Positions 29,488 through 39,952 of a stretch of DNA of 64,000 nt are shown here, piece by piece (position 1 is the stretch's first letter; every line of letters starts with the position of its first letter). Position numbers and translations under genes: made by a program. The notes beneath the pieces are model-generated. The model did not search any database. It saw nothing but the letters and a program-made list of their open reading frames with translations, and was not told where the DNA came from. This DNA comes from Chloroflexia bacterium (GTDB lineage: Bacteria; Chloroflexota; Chloroflexia; QHBQ01; JADMIH01), in contig DASWMJ010000096.1 in assembly GCA_036399775.1 (NCBI GenBank), positions 69,665 through 133,664 on the forward strand. Direction: 5' to 3'.

Positions 29488-29614
29488 TTTGCTTTTCTTG
29501 CTTGCCCCACGCTATCCTTTCGGTACAGCATTAGCCTCATGGTTCTCCTTACTGAACATTCAGCCTCTAAACTCCCAAACTAACAATCTAAAATCCAAAA
29601 TCGGAAATCCAAAA

Positions 29615-30697
29615 TCAAAGGATAGCCTGGTCGCTCTTCGGGTCGAACAGGTGGATGCGCTGGCGGTTGATACCCATGTAGACACGTTCGCCGGGCTGCA
29701 CCATAAACGTAGGTGGTGTCTTAATGCGTACTATGCTCGTGCCCAGCTTCACCTCATAAATATTGCGGTCACCCAACGGCTCTATCGCGTAGACTTCGCC
29801 CGGCAGATCGCCGTGTTGCTCCTGGACCCTCAAAGCGATGTCCTCTGGCCGCACCCCAAGCACTACATTCCCGATACCCGCCTTCTTGATAGCATCGCGG
29901 GCCGGGCCGGGTATGGTCAGCACCCAGCCTTCTGCTGTGAGGGCCGCATCGTCGCCTGCCAGGTTGCAATCCAGCATGTTCATGGTGGGGCTGCCGATGA
30001 AGCTGGCGACGAAGCGGTTTACCGGGTGGTCGTAGATGTTTTCGGGCGTATCCATCTGCTGCAACACGCCCTTGTTCAGCACCGCTATTCGGTCGGCAAG
30101 CGACAGCGCCTCAAGCTGGTCGTTAGTCACGTAAAAGAACGTCGTATCGAGGTCGGCGTGGAGGTGCTTCAACTCGGTACGCATCTCCACCCGCAGCTTG
30201 AAGTCGAGGTTAGTCAGCGGCTCGTCCATCAGGAAAACGCGAGGCTGGCGCACCATCGCCCGGCAGAGTGCCACGCGTTGCTGCTCGCCGCCCGATAGCT
30301 GCTGAGGCCGCCGTGTCAGCAACCGCTCGATGTGCAGCTTATTGGCTACCTCTCTAACCTTCGCGTCAATCTCGGACTTCGGCACCTTCCGCGCCTGCAA
30401 TGGCGAAGCGATATTCTCATACACAGTCTTGCGCGGGTAAAGCGCATATGACTGGAAAACGAACGCCACGTCGCGCAGAGCAGGGGCTACCGTGTTCATC
30501 AATTCGCCATCAAAATGCACCTGCCCCGCCTCCGGCTTCTCCAACCCCGCCACGCATCGCAGGGTAGTAGTCTTGCCCGCCCCAGACGGCCCAAGCAACA
30601 CAAGAAACTCCCGGTCAGCAATATCGAGGTTGAAATCGCTGACCGCCGTCACAGCCCCAAATCTCTTAGTCAATTCCTTGATAGTCACACGAGCCAC
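29615..30697 (-). CDS. sugar ABC transporter ATP-binding protein (MalK/UgpC type)
   Basis: Walker A GPSGAGKTT, LSGGEQQRVAL signature and C-terminal TOBE domain. Confidence 0.85.
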   Translation of the reverse strand: MARVTIKELTKRFGAVTAVSDFNLDIADREFLVLLGPSGAGKTTTLRCVAGLEKPEAGQVHFDGELMNTVAPALRDVAFVFQSYALYPRKTVYENIASPLQARKVPKSEIDAKVREVANKLHIERLLTRRPQQLSGGEQQRVALCRAMVRQPRVFLMDEPLTNLDFKLRVEMRTELKHLHADLDTTFFYVTNDQLEALSLADRIAVLNKGVLQQMDTPENIYDHPVNRFVASFIGSPTMNMLDCNLAGDDAALTAEGWVLTIPGPARDAIKKAGIGNVVLGVRPEDIALRVQEQHGDLPGEVYAIEPLGDRNIYEVKLGTSIVRIKTPPTFMVQPGERVYMGINRQRIHLFDPKSDQAIL

Positions 30698-30713
30698 AAA
30701 CTCTATCCCCTTT

Positions 30714-30857
30714 TGCGTATTGCGTATTGCGTATTGCGTATTGCGTATTGCGTATTGCGTAAGACCTCTAATAATCTCTGCGGTTCAATCCAATAAATCT
30801 TAGTGTTCTTTGTGTCTTTGTGGTTCCAAAAATACGCAATACGCAATACGCAATACG
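30714..30857. repeat. (CGTATTG)n-armed MITE-like element, copy 2
   Basis: Same core and arms. Exactly fills the gap between the two ABC ATPase genes. Confidence 0.65.
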
Positions 30858-30859
30858 AG

Positions 30860-31945
30860 TCAAAAGATCGCCTGCTCCGTTCGGCTGTCGAAGACGTGGA
30901 CGCGATCGGGGTCGAAGGCTACACCCACGTTTTCGCCCACATTGAGGCGCAGCGTGGGCGGCACTTTGGCCCTGATGATGCGCTCGCCTATCTTCAGGTC
31001 GTATATGATCTCATCCCCTAGAGGCTCGCGCACGTATATCTCAGCTTTTAGATCGTTGGCGGTAGGTTGGGTGACTATACGCACATCCTCGGAGCGCGCG
31101 CCGAACGTCAATTGACCTTCCCGCGCCTGTGGGCTGATCCTGCTGACCTGCCCAGGCGTCAACTTATACGTGAACGGCCCCTCCGGGTCGTTGAGAGTGT
31201 CGCCCGCGAGCGTGCAGGGCACGAAGTTCATGGGTGGCGTGCCGATGAAACCCGCCACGAATAGCGTCGCCGGGTGGTTGTACACGTCCAGGGGTGTGCC
31301 TACCTGCTGCAACACACCCTGGTGCATGATGGCGATGCGCTGCGACATAGAGAGGGCTTCCGTCTGGTCGTGCGTCACGTAGACCATCGTGGTGCGCAGC
31401 TCCTTTTGCAGCCTCTTCAACTCCACGCGCATATCCCCGCGCAGCTTCGCGTCCAGGTTGGTCAGCGGCTCGTCCATCAAAAAGACCTGCGGCTGGCGCA
31501 CCATCGCCCTGCCCAACGCCACGCGCTGCTGCTCGCCCGCGCCCAGCTTGCTCGGCTGACGCTTCAGCAGGTGCTCTATACGCAGCACCCTGGCGGCCTG
31601 CTGCACGCGCTTCTCTATCTCCTGGGTAGGCACTTTCTGCGCTCGCAATGGAAACGCCACGTTGTCATACGCCGACAGGTGGGGGTAGAGCGCGTAGAAC
31701 TGAAAGACCATCGCTATATCACGGTCCCCTGGCCGCAGGTCGTTCACCACCCTCTCACCGATGCGTATATCCCCCGAAGTCTGCCGCTCAAGCCCCGCCA
31801 CGCACCGCAAAGTGGTAGTCTTGCCGCAGCCCGACGGCCCAAGCAGCGTCAAGAACTCCCCATCCCTGATAATCAGGTCCAGGTCCTTGACTGCGTAGAA
31901 GTCGCCAAACTTCTTTATCAAATTTTCAATGCGTACTTCAGCCAT
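30860..31945 (-). CDS. sugar ABC transporter ATP-binding protein (MalK/UgpC type), second copy
   Basis: Walker A GPSGCGKTT and signature LGAGEQQRVALGRA. Separated from the first ATPase by a MITE. Confidence 0.85.
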   Translation of the reverse strand: MAEVRIENLIKKFGDFYAVKDLDLIIRDGEFLTLLGPSGCGKTTTLRCVAGLERQTSGDIRIGERVVNDLRPGDRDIAMVFQFYALYPHLSAYDNVAFPLRAQKVPTQEIEKRVQQAARVLRIEHLLKRQPSKLGAGEQQRVALGRAMVRQPQVFLMDEPLTNLDAKLRGDMRVELKRLQKELRTTMVYVTHDQTEALSMSQRIAIMHQGVLQQVGTPLDVYNHPATLFVAGFIGTPPMNFVPCTLAGDTLNDPEGPFTYKLTPGQVSRISPQAREGQLTFGARSEDVRIVTQPTANDLKAEIYVREPLGDEIIYDLKIGERIIRAKVPPTLRLNVGENVGVAFDPDRVHVFDSRTEQAIF

Positions 31946-31981
31946 AACTCTCTCGTATTTGGAGATGGTTTCAAAGTCCAG

Positions 31982-32827
31982 TTACCTGGCTTCCGGCATG
32001 GGCGCGTCCAGAAACGGCGGGATGATTCGCATAAGCAAATCGGCGCGGGACGCGATGGATACGTGCGTCGTGCCTGGGAGCACGGCGAGCTGTGAGTTCG
32101 GCAGTCCGGCTAAATCACCGAAAACACCGCCGCCGAGCAATCGAAACATTTCTACCGCGTGCTCGGGCCGGACGAGATCGCTATCCCCGATGACGATCAA
32201 GGTAGGTGCCTTGATCGCCGCGATGGCCTCTGCCGGTACATCCTTTGTGTTCCGGTCCATTTGGGTCTTCTTGTCGAAGAACGTGGCAAAATGGTCAGGA
32301 TCGGGCGCGATTCGCATATATTCATCGTGCCACTGAGATCCATGCATCATCTCAGGCGTCATCTCCCCCAATCCATCCATTAGACCGGGGTGAACGCCGC
32401 CCATGTTGAAGGTTGCCGACATGAACACGAGCTTGCGCACTAACTCCGGGTGCCTGAGGACGACATGCAGGGCGACGGCGGCACCCATGCTGTAGCCGAA
32501 GATATCGGCCTGTTCGATGCCGAGGTGGTGGAGTGCGGCGGCGGTGTCGTCAGCCATCTGCTCGATGGACAAAGGGCGGTCTATGTCGGCGGTGCGCCCG
32601 TGCGCCTGCAACTCAAGGCCAATGACCTGCCGTGACCTGGCGAGTCCCGGCAGAAGCGCTCCGAAGGAGGTGCCGATTGCCGAAAAAGCGCCATGAAGGA
32701 GGACCAACGGCTGCCCGGTCCCGTGGATCTCGTAATACATCTGGAGACCGTTTACCGGAGCGTAGCCGCTAGTGAACTCCCCCGTTGTTTCGCTCGATCC
32801 ATCCGTCGTACTATTGGTCATGTTCAA
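31982..32827 (-). CDS. alpha/beta hydrolase
   Basis: HGAF oxyanion region and GYSMGA nucleophile elbow. Embedded in the ABC operon. Confidence 0.7.
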   Translation of the reverse strand: MNMTNSTTDGSSETTGEFTSGYAPVNGLQMYYEIHGTGQPLVLLHGAFSAIGTSFGALLPGLARSRQVIGLELQAHGRTADIDRPLSIEQMADDTAAALHHLGIEQADIFGYSMGAAVALHVVLRHPELVRKLVFMSATFNMGGVHPGLMDGLGEMTPEMMHGSQWHDEYMRIAPDPDHFATFFDKKTQMDRNTKDVPAEAIAAIKAPTLIVIGDSDLVRPEHAVEMFRLLGGGVFGDLAGLPNSQLAVLPGTTHVSIASRADLLMRIIPPFLDAPMPEAR

Positions 32828-32855
32828 TTTCTCCTCGACAAACCTTTCTAAAATC

Positions 32856-33881
32856 CTACCGTCTTACTGCTCCAAACGTCACCCCGCGCAGCAGGTGATT
32901 ACGCACCAGGAAGGTGAACAGCACCACCGGCACCAGGAATATCACCGAGGTAGCAGCCATGCGCCCCCACTCTATCGTGCCTACGCCAATGATAGAGTAG
33001 AGGAAGGGTGGCACGGTGGTCGCCTTGCTGGGGTTGAGGATTTGCACGAACACAAACTCGTTCCAGGCGGTGATGAGCACGAACACCGCCGTCGCCAGCA
33101 TCGCGGGCAGCGCCTCCGGCAGCACGTACTTCCACAGGGCTTCTATGCGCGAGTAGCCGTCGAGCATGGCGGCCTCCTCATACTCCTTCGGTATCTCATC
33201 GAAGAAACCCTTCATCATCCACACGACGAAGGGGAGGCCGAACGTAGTATAGAGCAAAGTGATGCCTATGTAGCTCTCGCGCAGGTTCACCTGGCTCAAC
33301 CCAACCAGGAAGTCCTTGAACCCGCCCGCCTCCATGCCCGCCGCTATCGGGGCGACGAACCCAAAGGGGTTTACGAACATGAGGAATATCGGTATCAGCA
33401 CGACGATTGGCGGGAGCATGCGCGTGCTCAAGATGAAGAAGAGCATGTCGCTCTCCCCCTTGACGCGGAAGCGCGAAAAGACGTAAGCCGCCATCGTGCC
33501 CAGTATAACCGCCAAAACGGTGGCCGTGCCCGCTATAGCCACGCTGTTGAACTGCCGGATGAGGAACCCGGTAGCTTCCCACCCCTGCGCGAATACCGCT
33601 TCATAATTGGCAAGAGTCGGTTGGAAGTCCACGAACGGCAAGAAGCTCGGCGGCAGGGGCGTTATGTCGGCCCGTGCCTTGATAGAGGTAATCAATATCC
33701 AGAAGAGTGGAAAGAGGAAGAATATGAACGCCGCACTCAGGGCGACCCAGAACAGGACGTTGCCTATCCCGCCCGTCTGCCTCCTCTTACGCGCCACCAC
33801 GATTGATTCGGGCCGCACATCCTCTCGCGTACCGCCTTGCGCGACTGCGTCTGATTTTGCCTGTGGAGTGGTAGTTGCCAT
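32856..33881 (-). CDS. carbohydrate ABC transporter permease (MalG/UgpE type)
   Basis: Six TM helices and EAA loop (EEAAMLDGYSR). Confidence 0.85.
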   Translation of the reverse strand: MATTTPQAKSDAVAQGGTREDVRPESIVVARKRRQTGGIGNVLFWVALSAAFIFFLFPLFWILITSIKARADITPLPPSFLPFVDFQPTLANYEAVFAQGWEATGFLIRQFNSVAIAGTATVLAVILGTMAAYVFSRFRVKGESDMLFFILSTRMLPPIVVLIPIFLMFVNPFGFVAPIAAGMEAGGFKDFLVGLSQVNLRESYIGITLLYTTFGLPFVVWMMKGFFDEIPKEYEEAAMLDGYSRIEALWKYVLPEALPAMLATAVFVLITAWNEFVFVQILNPSKATTVPPFLYSIIGVGTIEWGRMAATSVIFLVPVVLFTFLVRNHLLRGVTFGAVRR

Positions 33882-33885
33882 GTTT

Positions 33886-34806
33886 CTATGCTCCTCCCGC
33901 TTTGATACCGTTGAGCACCCGTATGAGGAGGTTTGCCAGCGCGATAATAACTATCAGCATGATATAACCGAGGGCAGAGCCTTTGCCCGTGTTGAAGTCC
34001 TCGAAAGCCATTTTGAAAAGGGTTATGGAGAGCACGTTGGTCTCCGCACCCCCACCCGTTAGCGCATACGCCTGGTCAAACATCTTATATGAGTCCATCG
34101 TGCGGAAGAGCACGGCTATCAACAATAGAGGCGTAACCAGCGGCAGCGTGATATGCCGGAAGCGGAACCACCCCGAAGCCCTGTCTACTTCGGCTGCTTC
34201 GTAAAGGTACTTGGGCACGGCTGACAGGCCGGCCAGCGAAATCAGCATTATGAACGGAGTCCACTGCCACACGTCCACCAGCACCAGGGACCACATGGCC
34301 GTGCCTGGGTCGTTGAGCCAGTCGGGCGCTCCCAGGTGGGTAACGTCGCGCACGAAGAAGTTCACCACGCCCCGGTCGGTCTGGAGCATGTACTTCCAGA
34401 AGAGCGCGACGATCAGGGGCGAGAGCATCATCGGGATTAGCATTGTGGTGACTATGAAGCCCCGCCCCTTGAAGTTGCGGTTCAGCAAGAATGCCAACCC
34501 GAAGCCCAGCAGCAGCTCGATAACGACGGCGGGTATCACGAACCGGGCGGTGTCGGAGAAGCGCGCCCATATCTCAGGGTCGTTCAGCAGCCGTTCGTAG
34601 TTCTTGAACCCTATCCAAACCGGCTCCGCCCTCCGGTTGACGTTGTACTGCGTGAAGCTAAGATAGAGGGACCATATCAGCGGGAAGATAGCTATCGCCA
34701 ACAGCAACACCATAGTGGGCGTCAGAAACAACCTCGCCAATACGCGGTCGCTCAGCCACCCAAAGCGCGGCCTGACCCTCGGTACCCCTCTATCCTGTGC
34801 TGCCAC
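33886..34806 (-). CDS. carbohydrate ABC transporter permease (MalF/UgpA type)
   Basis: TM profile and EAA-like loop (YEAAEVDRASGW). Confidence 0.85.
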   Translation of the reverse strand: MAAQDRGVPRVRPRFGWLSDRVLARLFLTPTMVLLLAIAIFPLIWSLYLSFTQYNVNRRAEPVWIGFKNYERLLNDPEIWARFSDTARFVIPAVVIELLLGFGLAFLLNRNFKGRGFIVTTMLIPMMLSPLIVALFWKYMLQTDRGVVNFFVRDVTHLGAPDWLNDPGTAMWSLVLVDVWQWTPFIMLISLAGLSAVPKYLYEAAEVDRASGWFRFRHITLPLVTPLLLIAVLFRTMDSYKMFDQAYALTGGGAETNVLSITLFKMAFEDFNTGKGSALGYIMLIVIIALANLLIRVLNGIKAGGA

Positions 34807-34828
34807 TCTCTACCCCCTTCCTCTGCGG

Positions 34829-34938
34829 GAATTTTGAATTTTGAGTTTTGAATTTTGAATTACGAATTTCGGGAAGGCAACAAGCACAGTCCCAACCATC
34901 ACTAATTCAAAATTCAAAACTCAAAATTCAAAATTCGT
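34829..34938. repeat. palindromic heptamer element (AATTTTG)n ... (CAAAATT)n
   Basis: Arrays of 4-5 units on each side of a 50-bp core, between the permease and binding-protein genes. Confidence 0.7.
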
Positions 34939-34940
34939 AC

Positions 34941-36434
34941 TTATTTCGGCGGTCCGTTGGGATATGCTTCGTCCAGGATGGATTGCTGCTTCTGGGCGAT
35001 CTCGTCCAGGGCCGCTTTTGGCTCTGCCTGGCCGCTTACCGCCTTGTTCAGCAGTTCCATCTGGGGAACCAGCATCTGGCTGTACTCAGGTATATTCCAG
35101 AAGTCCTTGACCAGCAGGTACGACTCCGCGAAGGCCGGGTTGTAGGGCCTGGCGTTCTTGAACTCGTCGCTGGCGAGCACCGACTTGCGGGCCGAGAAGC
35201 CGCCCAGCTTCGCCCATTCCAACTGTGTTTCCTTCGACTCGAACCACTTGACGTAGCTGAGCGCGAGGTCCTTGTTCTTGGTGTAGGTGCTGACGCTCAA
35301 GCCCATGCCGCCGAGGCTCAGGAAGTGCTCTTTCTCCCCCGGCACTACCGCGAAGCCGAGGTTGTCCGAGTTCTTGCACCCTGCCTTGTCAACGAAGCCC
35401 GCGCCGAAGCCGAACCACACAGTTTCCATTGCCGTCGTGCCGTCACACAGGGCGCTATTGGCCGCGCTGAAGTCGAAGTTGGCCTGGCCTTCGGGTCCCG
35501 TCTTGAAGAGCTCGCGGTCCAGGGTAAGGGCCTGCACCGCCGCGTCGGTGTTCAGCACGCCCTCTACCTTGTAGGTAGTGGGGTCCCAAAGCTCGCCGCC
35601 GAAGGACCAGAGTATCTGGTTCCAGTGGGTAGCCATCTGGTCGTAGCAGGCCGGGGTGCCGCACCAGTGGGTCGTGTAGCCGTTCTGCACGCCATACTTG
35701 CCGCCGCTCTCCTTGAAGAACTTGGCGATCTCAAGCAGTTCGGTCCACGTCTTGGGGAGCGCCAGGTCCTTGCCCGCCTTCGCCTTGAAGTCGGCCTTCA
35801 CGTCGTCCTTAGCGAAGAGGTCCTTGCGGTAGACGAGCATCTGCGTGTCGCCCTCGGCTGCTATGCCGTAGAACTTGCCACTGCCCGACGGGTACTCGCC
35901 GTAAGCGGTGAGGGCCGCAGGCACATAGTCTGCCGTCTCGATGTTGGTCTTCATCCAGTCGGTCAGGTCCATGACGTGGCCGCCCACTACCGCCTCACCG
36001 ATGAACTGGCTGTCGAGTATAACGATGTCCGCGCCCGCCTTGGCGACAAAGTCGGTGAATATCTGCCCACGCCACTGGTCAATAGGCACGCAGCGCACTT
36101 CAACGTCCGCTTCGGGGAACGTCTTAGACAGGGTGCCCAGGTCTGTGCAGGGCGGCCACGCGAACCAGATTATCTGGAGCTTGCCCTTCGTGCCAGTCGA
36201 AGTGCCCGCAGTATCAGTGGGCTTCGCCATTGCCTCGGCGGTGTCTGTCGGCTCAGCGGGGGCTGCGTCCGTAGGCTCAGTCACAACTTCCGTAGTGGCC
36301 GTAGCTGCCGGGGCCGGGGGGGTCGGGGTAGCAGTGTCGCCCCCGCAAGCCACCAGCAAGGGCACAGCCACCAACATCATCGCCAACAACGTCATTATCC
36401 GTTTGTACATTACTCTCCTCCTTAGAAGGCTCAT
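34941..36434 (-). CDS. ABC transporter substrate-binding lipoprotein (family 1, sugar)
   Basis: Signal peptide with lipobox LVACGG, Thr/Pro/Ala-rich linker and SBP_bac_1-like body. Confidence 0.8.
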   Translation of the reverse strand: MSLLRRRVMYKRIMTLLAMMLVAVPLLVACGGDTATPTPPAPAATATTEVVTEPTDAAPAEPTDTAEAMAKPTDTAGTSTGTKGKLQIIWFAWPPCTDLGTLSKTFPEADVEVRCVPIDQWRGQIFTDFVAKAGADIVILDSQFIGEAVVGGHVMDLTDWMKTNIETADYVPAALTAYGEYPSGSGKFYGIAAEGDTQMLVYRKDLFAKDDVKADFKAKAGKDLALPKTWTELLEIAKFFKESGGKYGVQNGYTTHWCGTPACYDQMATHWNQILWSFGGELWDPTTYKVEGVLNTDAAVQALTLDRELFKTGPEGQANFDFSAANSALCDGTTAMETVWFGFGAGFVDKAGCKNSDNLGFAVVPGEKEHFLSLGGMGLSVSTYTKNKDLALSYVKWFESKETQLEWAKLGGFSARKSVLASDEFKNARPYNPAFAESYLLVKDFWNIPEYSQMLVPQMELLNKAVSGQAEPKAALDEIAQKQQSILDEAYPNGPPK

Positions 36435-36451
36435 AAACAGATGGGGGCCTA

Positions 36452-36616
36452 ACGTAAAACGTATTGCGTATTGCGTAGTACGTATTGCGTAAAACCCTTA
36501 GAAACCTCAGCGTCTCCGCGTCTCTGCGGTTCAATATGTCTTCGTGTTCTTTGTGCCTTTGTGGTTCAACAATTACGCAATACGCAATACGCAGTACGAA
36601 CTACGCATCACGCATT
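36452..36616. repeat. (CGTATTG)n-armed MITE-like element, copy 3
   Basis: Same core and arms, between the binding-protein gene start and the ROK regulator stop. Confidence 0.65.
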
Positions 36617-38005
36617 ATTCGCCATAGCCTCACCTCCTCTTCGAGTGAATACTTGCTCTTTACGATTGCCACCATTGTTAGTGCGGGCTGATTTGAAAGG
36701 CTGGCTCAGTACCTGGTGGTAAACGCTGGCGATGCCGCCCATAGCGCATGCGTCAAGGCCATGCGAGGCGACCAGCACCTGCATCTGCTCCACTGACCAC
36801 TGTAGCGCCCGCTCTGATATGATCCGCTTGATGACCGGCACCAAAAATTCGCTCGCCACACTGAGTATCCCGCCGAAGACCACTATTTCGGGGTTGAGCG
36901 CGTTCACCAGGTTCGCAAGCCCGATGCCCAGGTAAACACCCGTCTCATTGAGCGCATCAAGGGCAACCTGGTCTTTTTCCCCTGCCGCCCGCGCCACCAG
37001 GGGCACCGTCAGGCTATCCAGGTCCCCACCCGTATACTCGGTGAGTTTAGATGTTTTGCCGCCCGCTATAGCCTTGCGGACCCTATCGAATAGAGCGCCC
37101 TGGCTGACCAGCGTCTCCCAGCAGCCCTTGTTGCCGCAGTTACATTGCTGGCCCTGGGGGTCAATGGTCATGTGGCCCACCTCGCCCGTGAAGCCCGCCG
37201 CCCCAGGCAATATCCGCCCATCCAGCACTATCCCCCCGCCCAGGCCCACGCCCGCGCTCACGTACAGCACGCTTCTTGAGCCGCGAGCCACGCCGAAGTA
37301 GCTCTCTGCCAGCGCGGCCATATTAGCCTCATTGTCTACGTAAATGGGGAAATCAAACTCGCGTTCGAGCATCTTGCGCAGTGGTACATCCTGCCAGCGC
37401 AGGTTGGGCGCGAAAAGCAGTTGCCCGGAGGAAACGTCCACCAGGCCGGGCACGCCCAAGCCCAGCCCCAATATCTTGCCGCACTGGTCTTTGGTCTTGC
37501 GTATGCCTTTTCTAATTGTATCGAGCGTGGTCTTTAATATAGAAGCCTGTCCGTCGCGCAGGTTGGTAGACTCATAGTGCCGCCAGATGGTCTCGATGGC
37601 GAAGTTGGTGATGATGACCGACACGAAATCAACGCCGATCTCCGCGCCGATTATACAGCCCGCGCCTGGGTTCAATTCGAGCAGGATGCCGGGGCGGCCC
37701 GTATCTTCGGTCTTGTCTACTCCGACCTGGGAGACAAAACGCGCATCGGTGAGTTGTTGGACGAGGCTTGAGACGGTCGTCTTGTTGAGGCCCGTGACGG
37801 CGGCAAGAGAGGCGCGGGAGATAGGGGAATGGTCGCGGAGGGCATTGAGAATTATCGAGAGGTTAATCTCTCGAACGAGGGCTTGGTCGCCGGTTCTCCC
37901 TGTAAGCATGAGAGCACCCACCTCAATGTAGGTCAGCCGGACGGGGTTAGTTTGTTGTACCAACAAACTAAATCGCATCCTACCATAAGAATCCGGCGGT
38001 GTCAA
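36608..38005 (-). CDS. ROK family transcriptional regulator
   Basis: N-terminal winged-HTH (LNKTTVSSLVQQL), ROK sugar-kinase-like domain with zinc CxCGxxGC motif. True start probably at the internal Met near 37909. Confidence 0.75.
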   Translation of the reverse strand: MTPPDSYGRMRFSLLVQQTNPVRLTYIEVGALMLTGRTGDQALVREINLSIILNALRDHSPISRASLAAVTGLNKTTVSSLVQQLTDARFVSQVGVDKTEDTGRPGILLELNPGAGCIIGAEIGVDFVSVIITNFAIETIWRHYESTNLRDGQASILKTTLDTIRKGIRKTKDQCGKILGLGLGVPGLVDVSSGQLLFAPNLRWQDVPLRKMLEREFDFPIYVDNEANMAALAESYFGVARGSRSVLYVSAGVGLGGGIVLDGRILPGAAGFTGEVGHMTIDPQGQQCNCGNKGCWETLVSQGALFDRVRKAIAGGKTSKLTEYTGGDLDSLTVPLVARAAGEKDQVALDALNETGVYLGIGLANLVNALNPEIVVFGGILSVASEFLVPVIKRIISERALQWSVEQMQVLVASHGLDACAMGGIASVYHQVLSQPFKSARTNNGGNRKEQVFTRRGGEAMANNA

Positions 38006-38073
38006 TAGCTTACAAGAAGTAAATATGCAGCAAGATATTTGCTATGACGTTGTCATGCGTGAAACTGCCTGGC

Positions 38074-38664
38074 TCAAGGCCCGGTGCCAATCTCCAGTAG
38101 CTTCCACTCTCCAGCCTCTTGGACGAGCGTGATGAACTGGAGATTGACCCCAGCCGGAACGACAGGAACCCAGCCCTCTTTCCACTGCATATCTACTTCT
38201 ACAACATATCTCCGCTGATTCAGGTTCCCTACCTGATCAGGAGACGGCGTCGCTCCGCGTTGGGTCAACCATTCCTCCATTGAACGAATCGACACAACCC
38301 TGGCTCCCGCCCATGCGTCCTGGCAACCCTTCACATAGGTGGTCAAGTCTTGAGCGCGGGTAGTCGCAAGAAGTTGATGAGATTGCTCACATTCACCGGC
38401 ATCCAGATGCGCATAATACGCTCTGATAGCTGCCTCCGGTGCATCGGCCTCGTTGTCCGGCACGCTCGTAGTTATCGATTTGTCAGTAGGTAACGGTGAC
38501 GCCTGGAGACTGTTACGCTGCACAGGTCCAACGCTGCCAACCGGGCTTGGAGTGGAAGTGCCGGTTGAAGGGGAAGTTGTACAGGACGCCAGCAGCAGGC
38601 AAGATACAAGCATCACCGGCACTACCAGCCCTACGATAAGCTTACGAGAAGAACCATACCTCAT
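38074..38664 (-). CDS. hypothetical lipoprotein
   Basis: Signal peptide with lipobox LLASC and Ser/Thr/Pro-rich linker, in a lower-GC block. No domain recognised. Confidence 0.4.
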   Translation of the reverse strand: MRYGSSRKLIVGLVVPVMLVSCLLLASCTTSPSTGTSTPSPVGSVGPVQRNSLQASPLPTDKSITTSVPDNEADAPEAAIRAYYAHLDAGECEQSHQLLATTRAQDLTTYVKGCQDAWAGARVVSIRSMEEWLTQRGATPSPDQVGNLNQRRYVVEVDMQWKEGWVPVVPAGVNLQFITLVQEAGEWKLLEIGTGP

Positions 38665-38847
38665 TGGTAATCCCTTCTAAGAAGACAACATGGCCGAGAG
38701 CCAGCCCAGGAAGCCTGCCTCTTGAATAATAGAGGCACAGTTCTATTGGCGACTATCCGGTTAGCATGAAGTCACATGTTCTATACCGACCTGGCAAAAT
38801 ATTGCCAGATTAGAATACCGTGTGATGCTTATGTATCGCGTCGCTGT

Positions 38848-39702
38848 TTACACGTAGTTGCTGAGCGGATAATTATCTCTGGTAGTATGAGTTGCAATAA
38901 GCGCAGGATTAGGTTGCGGTTGCCAATCCAGGCGCAGGAAGGCAATGCCAGTAATAGCACCAACCACCAACCAGCCTGCGAACCAGCCTACACCTTCGCC
39001 CAGCGCTATATTCATGGGATAGTCCAGGCTGGGATAAAAGAGATTGGCTAGAGGCCAACCCACCAGCTTGCTTGCCAAGTAGCCTGCGGCCCAGCCTACG
39101 GTCCATGCTAGCGTCGTAAAAAGTACCCATTGACCTGTGCGACCTCTTGCAGTCGAGCGGCTCAAGTAATGCAGCGCCTGCCATTGGCATATTCCGACCA
39201 GCAAACCAAACAGAGCTATACTTAAGAGCCAACCCACAGGCATACCCACGCTGTCGCCTATGCTTACGTTGAAGCCGAGCGATTGGCTTGCGATAAAGGC
39301 CAGGCCGCGGCCAACTGCTCCACCAACGTAACCGCCTGCACTAAAGGCACCCCCTAGAGCAAAGCCCAGTGCGGTCAGTCCGACCCACCAGAGGCTGGCG
39401 CTAGTAGAGTGGGCCGCTCTACGGCGTATCACCAACCATTGAGCCAGCCCGCATAGCACCCCGGCCAGAGCGCCCCCAAGCGCACCACCCAACAACCCGC
39501 CCAGATACCCACTCCTGGTTGGGTTGGAGAGGTCGTAACTGCCGCCACCTAGCAAGATACCTAGATGACCACCTACGTACCCACCACCACTCATAACTCC
39601 AAGGGCCGCACCCCCTACAACCAGCATAGCTAAGGCAATTCCGGTGGCCAGCATCCACCAGGCAAGCGACCTCCGGTACTGCCTTTCGTATCGCACTGCC
39701 AT
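38848..39702 (-). CDS. hypothetical glycine-rich integral membrane protein
   Basis: 284 aa with repeated GGYVGG / GGxxGG glycine-zipper-like segments in predicted TM helices. No recognisable family. Confidence 0.4.
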   Translation of the reverse strand: MAVRYERQYRRSLAWWMLATGIALAMLVVGGAALGVMSGGGYVGGHLGILLGGGSYDLSNPTRSGYLGGLLGGALGGALAGVLCGLAQWLVIRRRAAHSTSASLWWVGLTALGFALGGAFSAGGYVGGAVGRGLAFIASQSLGFNVSIGDSVGMPVGWLLSIALFGLLVGICQWQALHYLSRSTARGRTGQWVLFTTLAWTVGWAAGYLASKLVGWPLANLFYPSLDYPMNIALGEGVGWFAGWLVVGAITGIAFLRLDWQPQPNPALIATHTTRDNYPLSNYV

Positions 39703-39952
39703 AACTTTATTTCCTCACTTTCTAGAGTTCCTGCTTCCTGTTGTCATTTGTTACTGTTAATAGCTAATAATAGCTAATAGCAGTTTACCATCATTGCTGC
39801 TCCACTTCCAGTCTGCTGCCTCCCCAGGCAACTAAGAGTCGAGGGAGAGAAACATTGTGATTTCTCTCCCTCGGTCGTCCCCTTAGCCTCTCCTACACAG
39901 CCTCTCTTGTCATGCAGATCAGGTGTTAGAGTGTGACTGGCTTGATGGATAA

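Noticed and set aside
34848-36425. 525-aa ORF antisense to the substrate-binding protein gene (also 21884-23104, 45582-46583, 14138-15004, 28104-28652)
   Set aside because: Antisense ORFs lying entirely inside confidently assigned genes. No domains, and expected from GC-rich codon bias.
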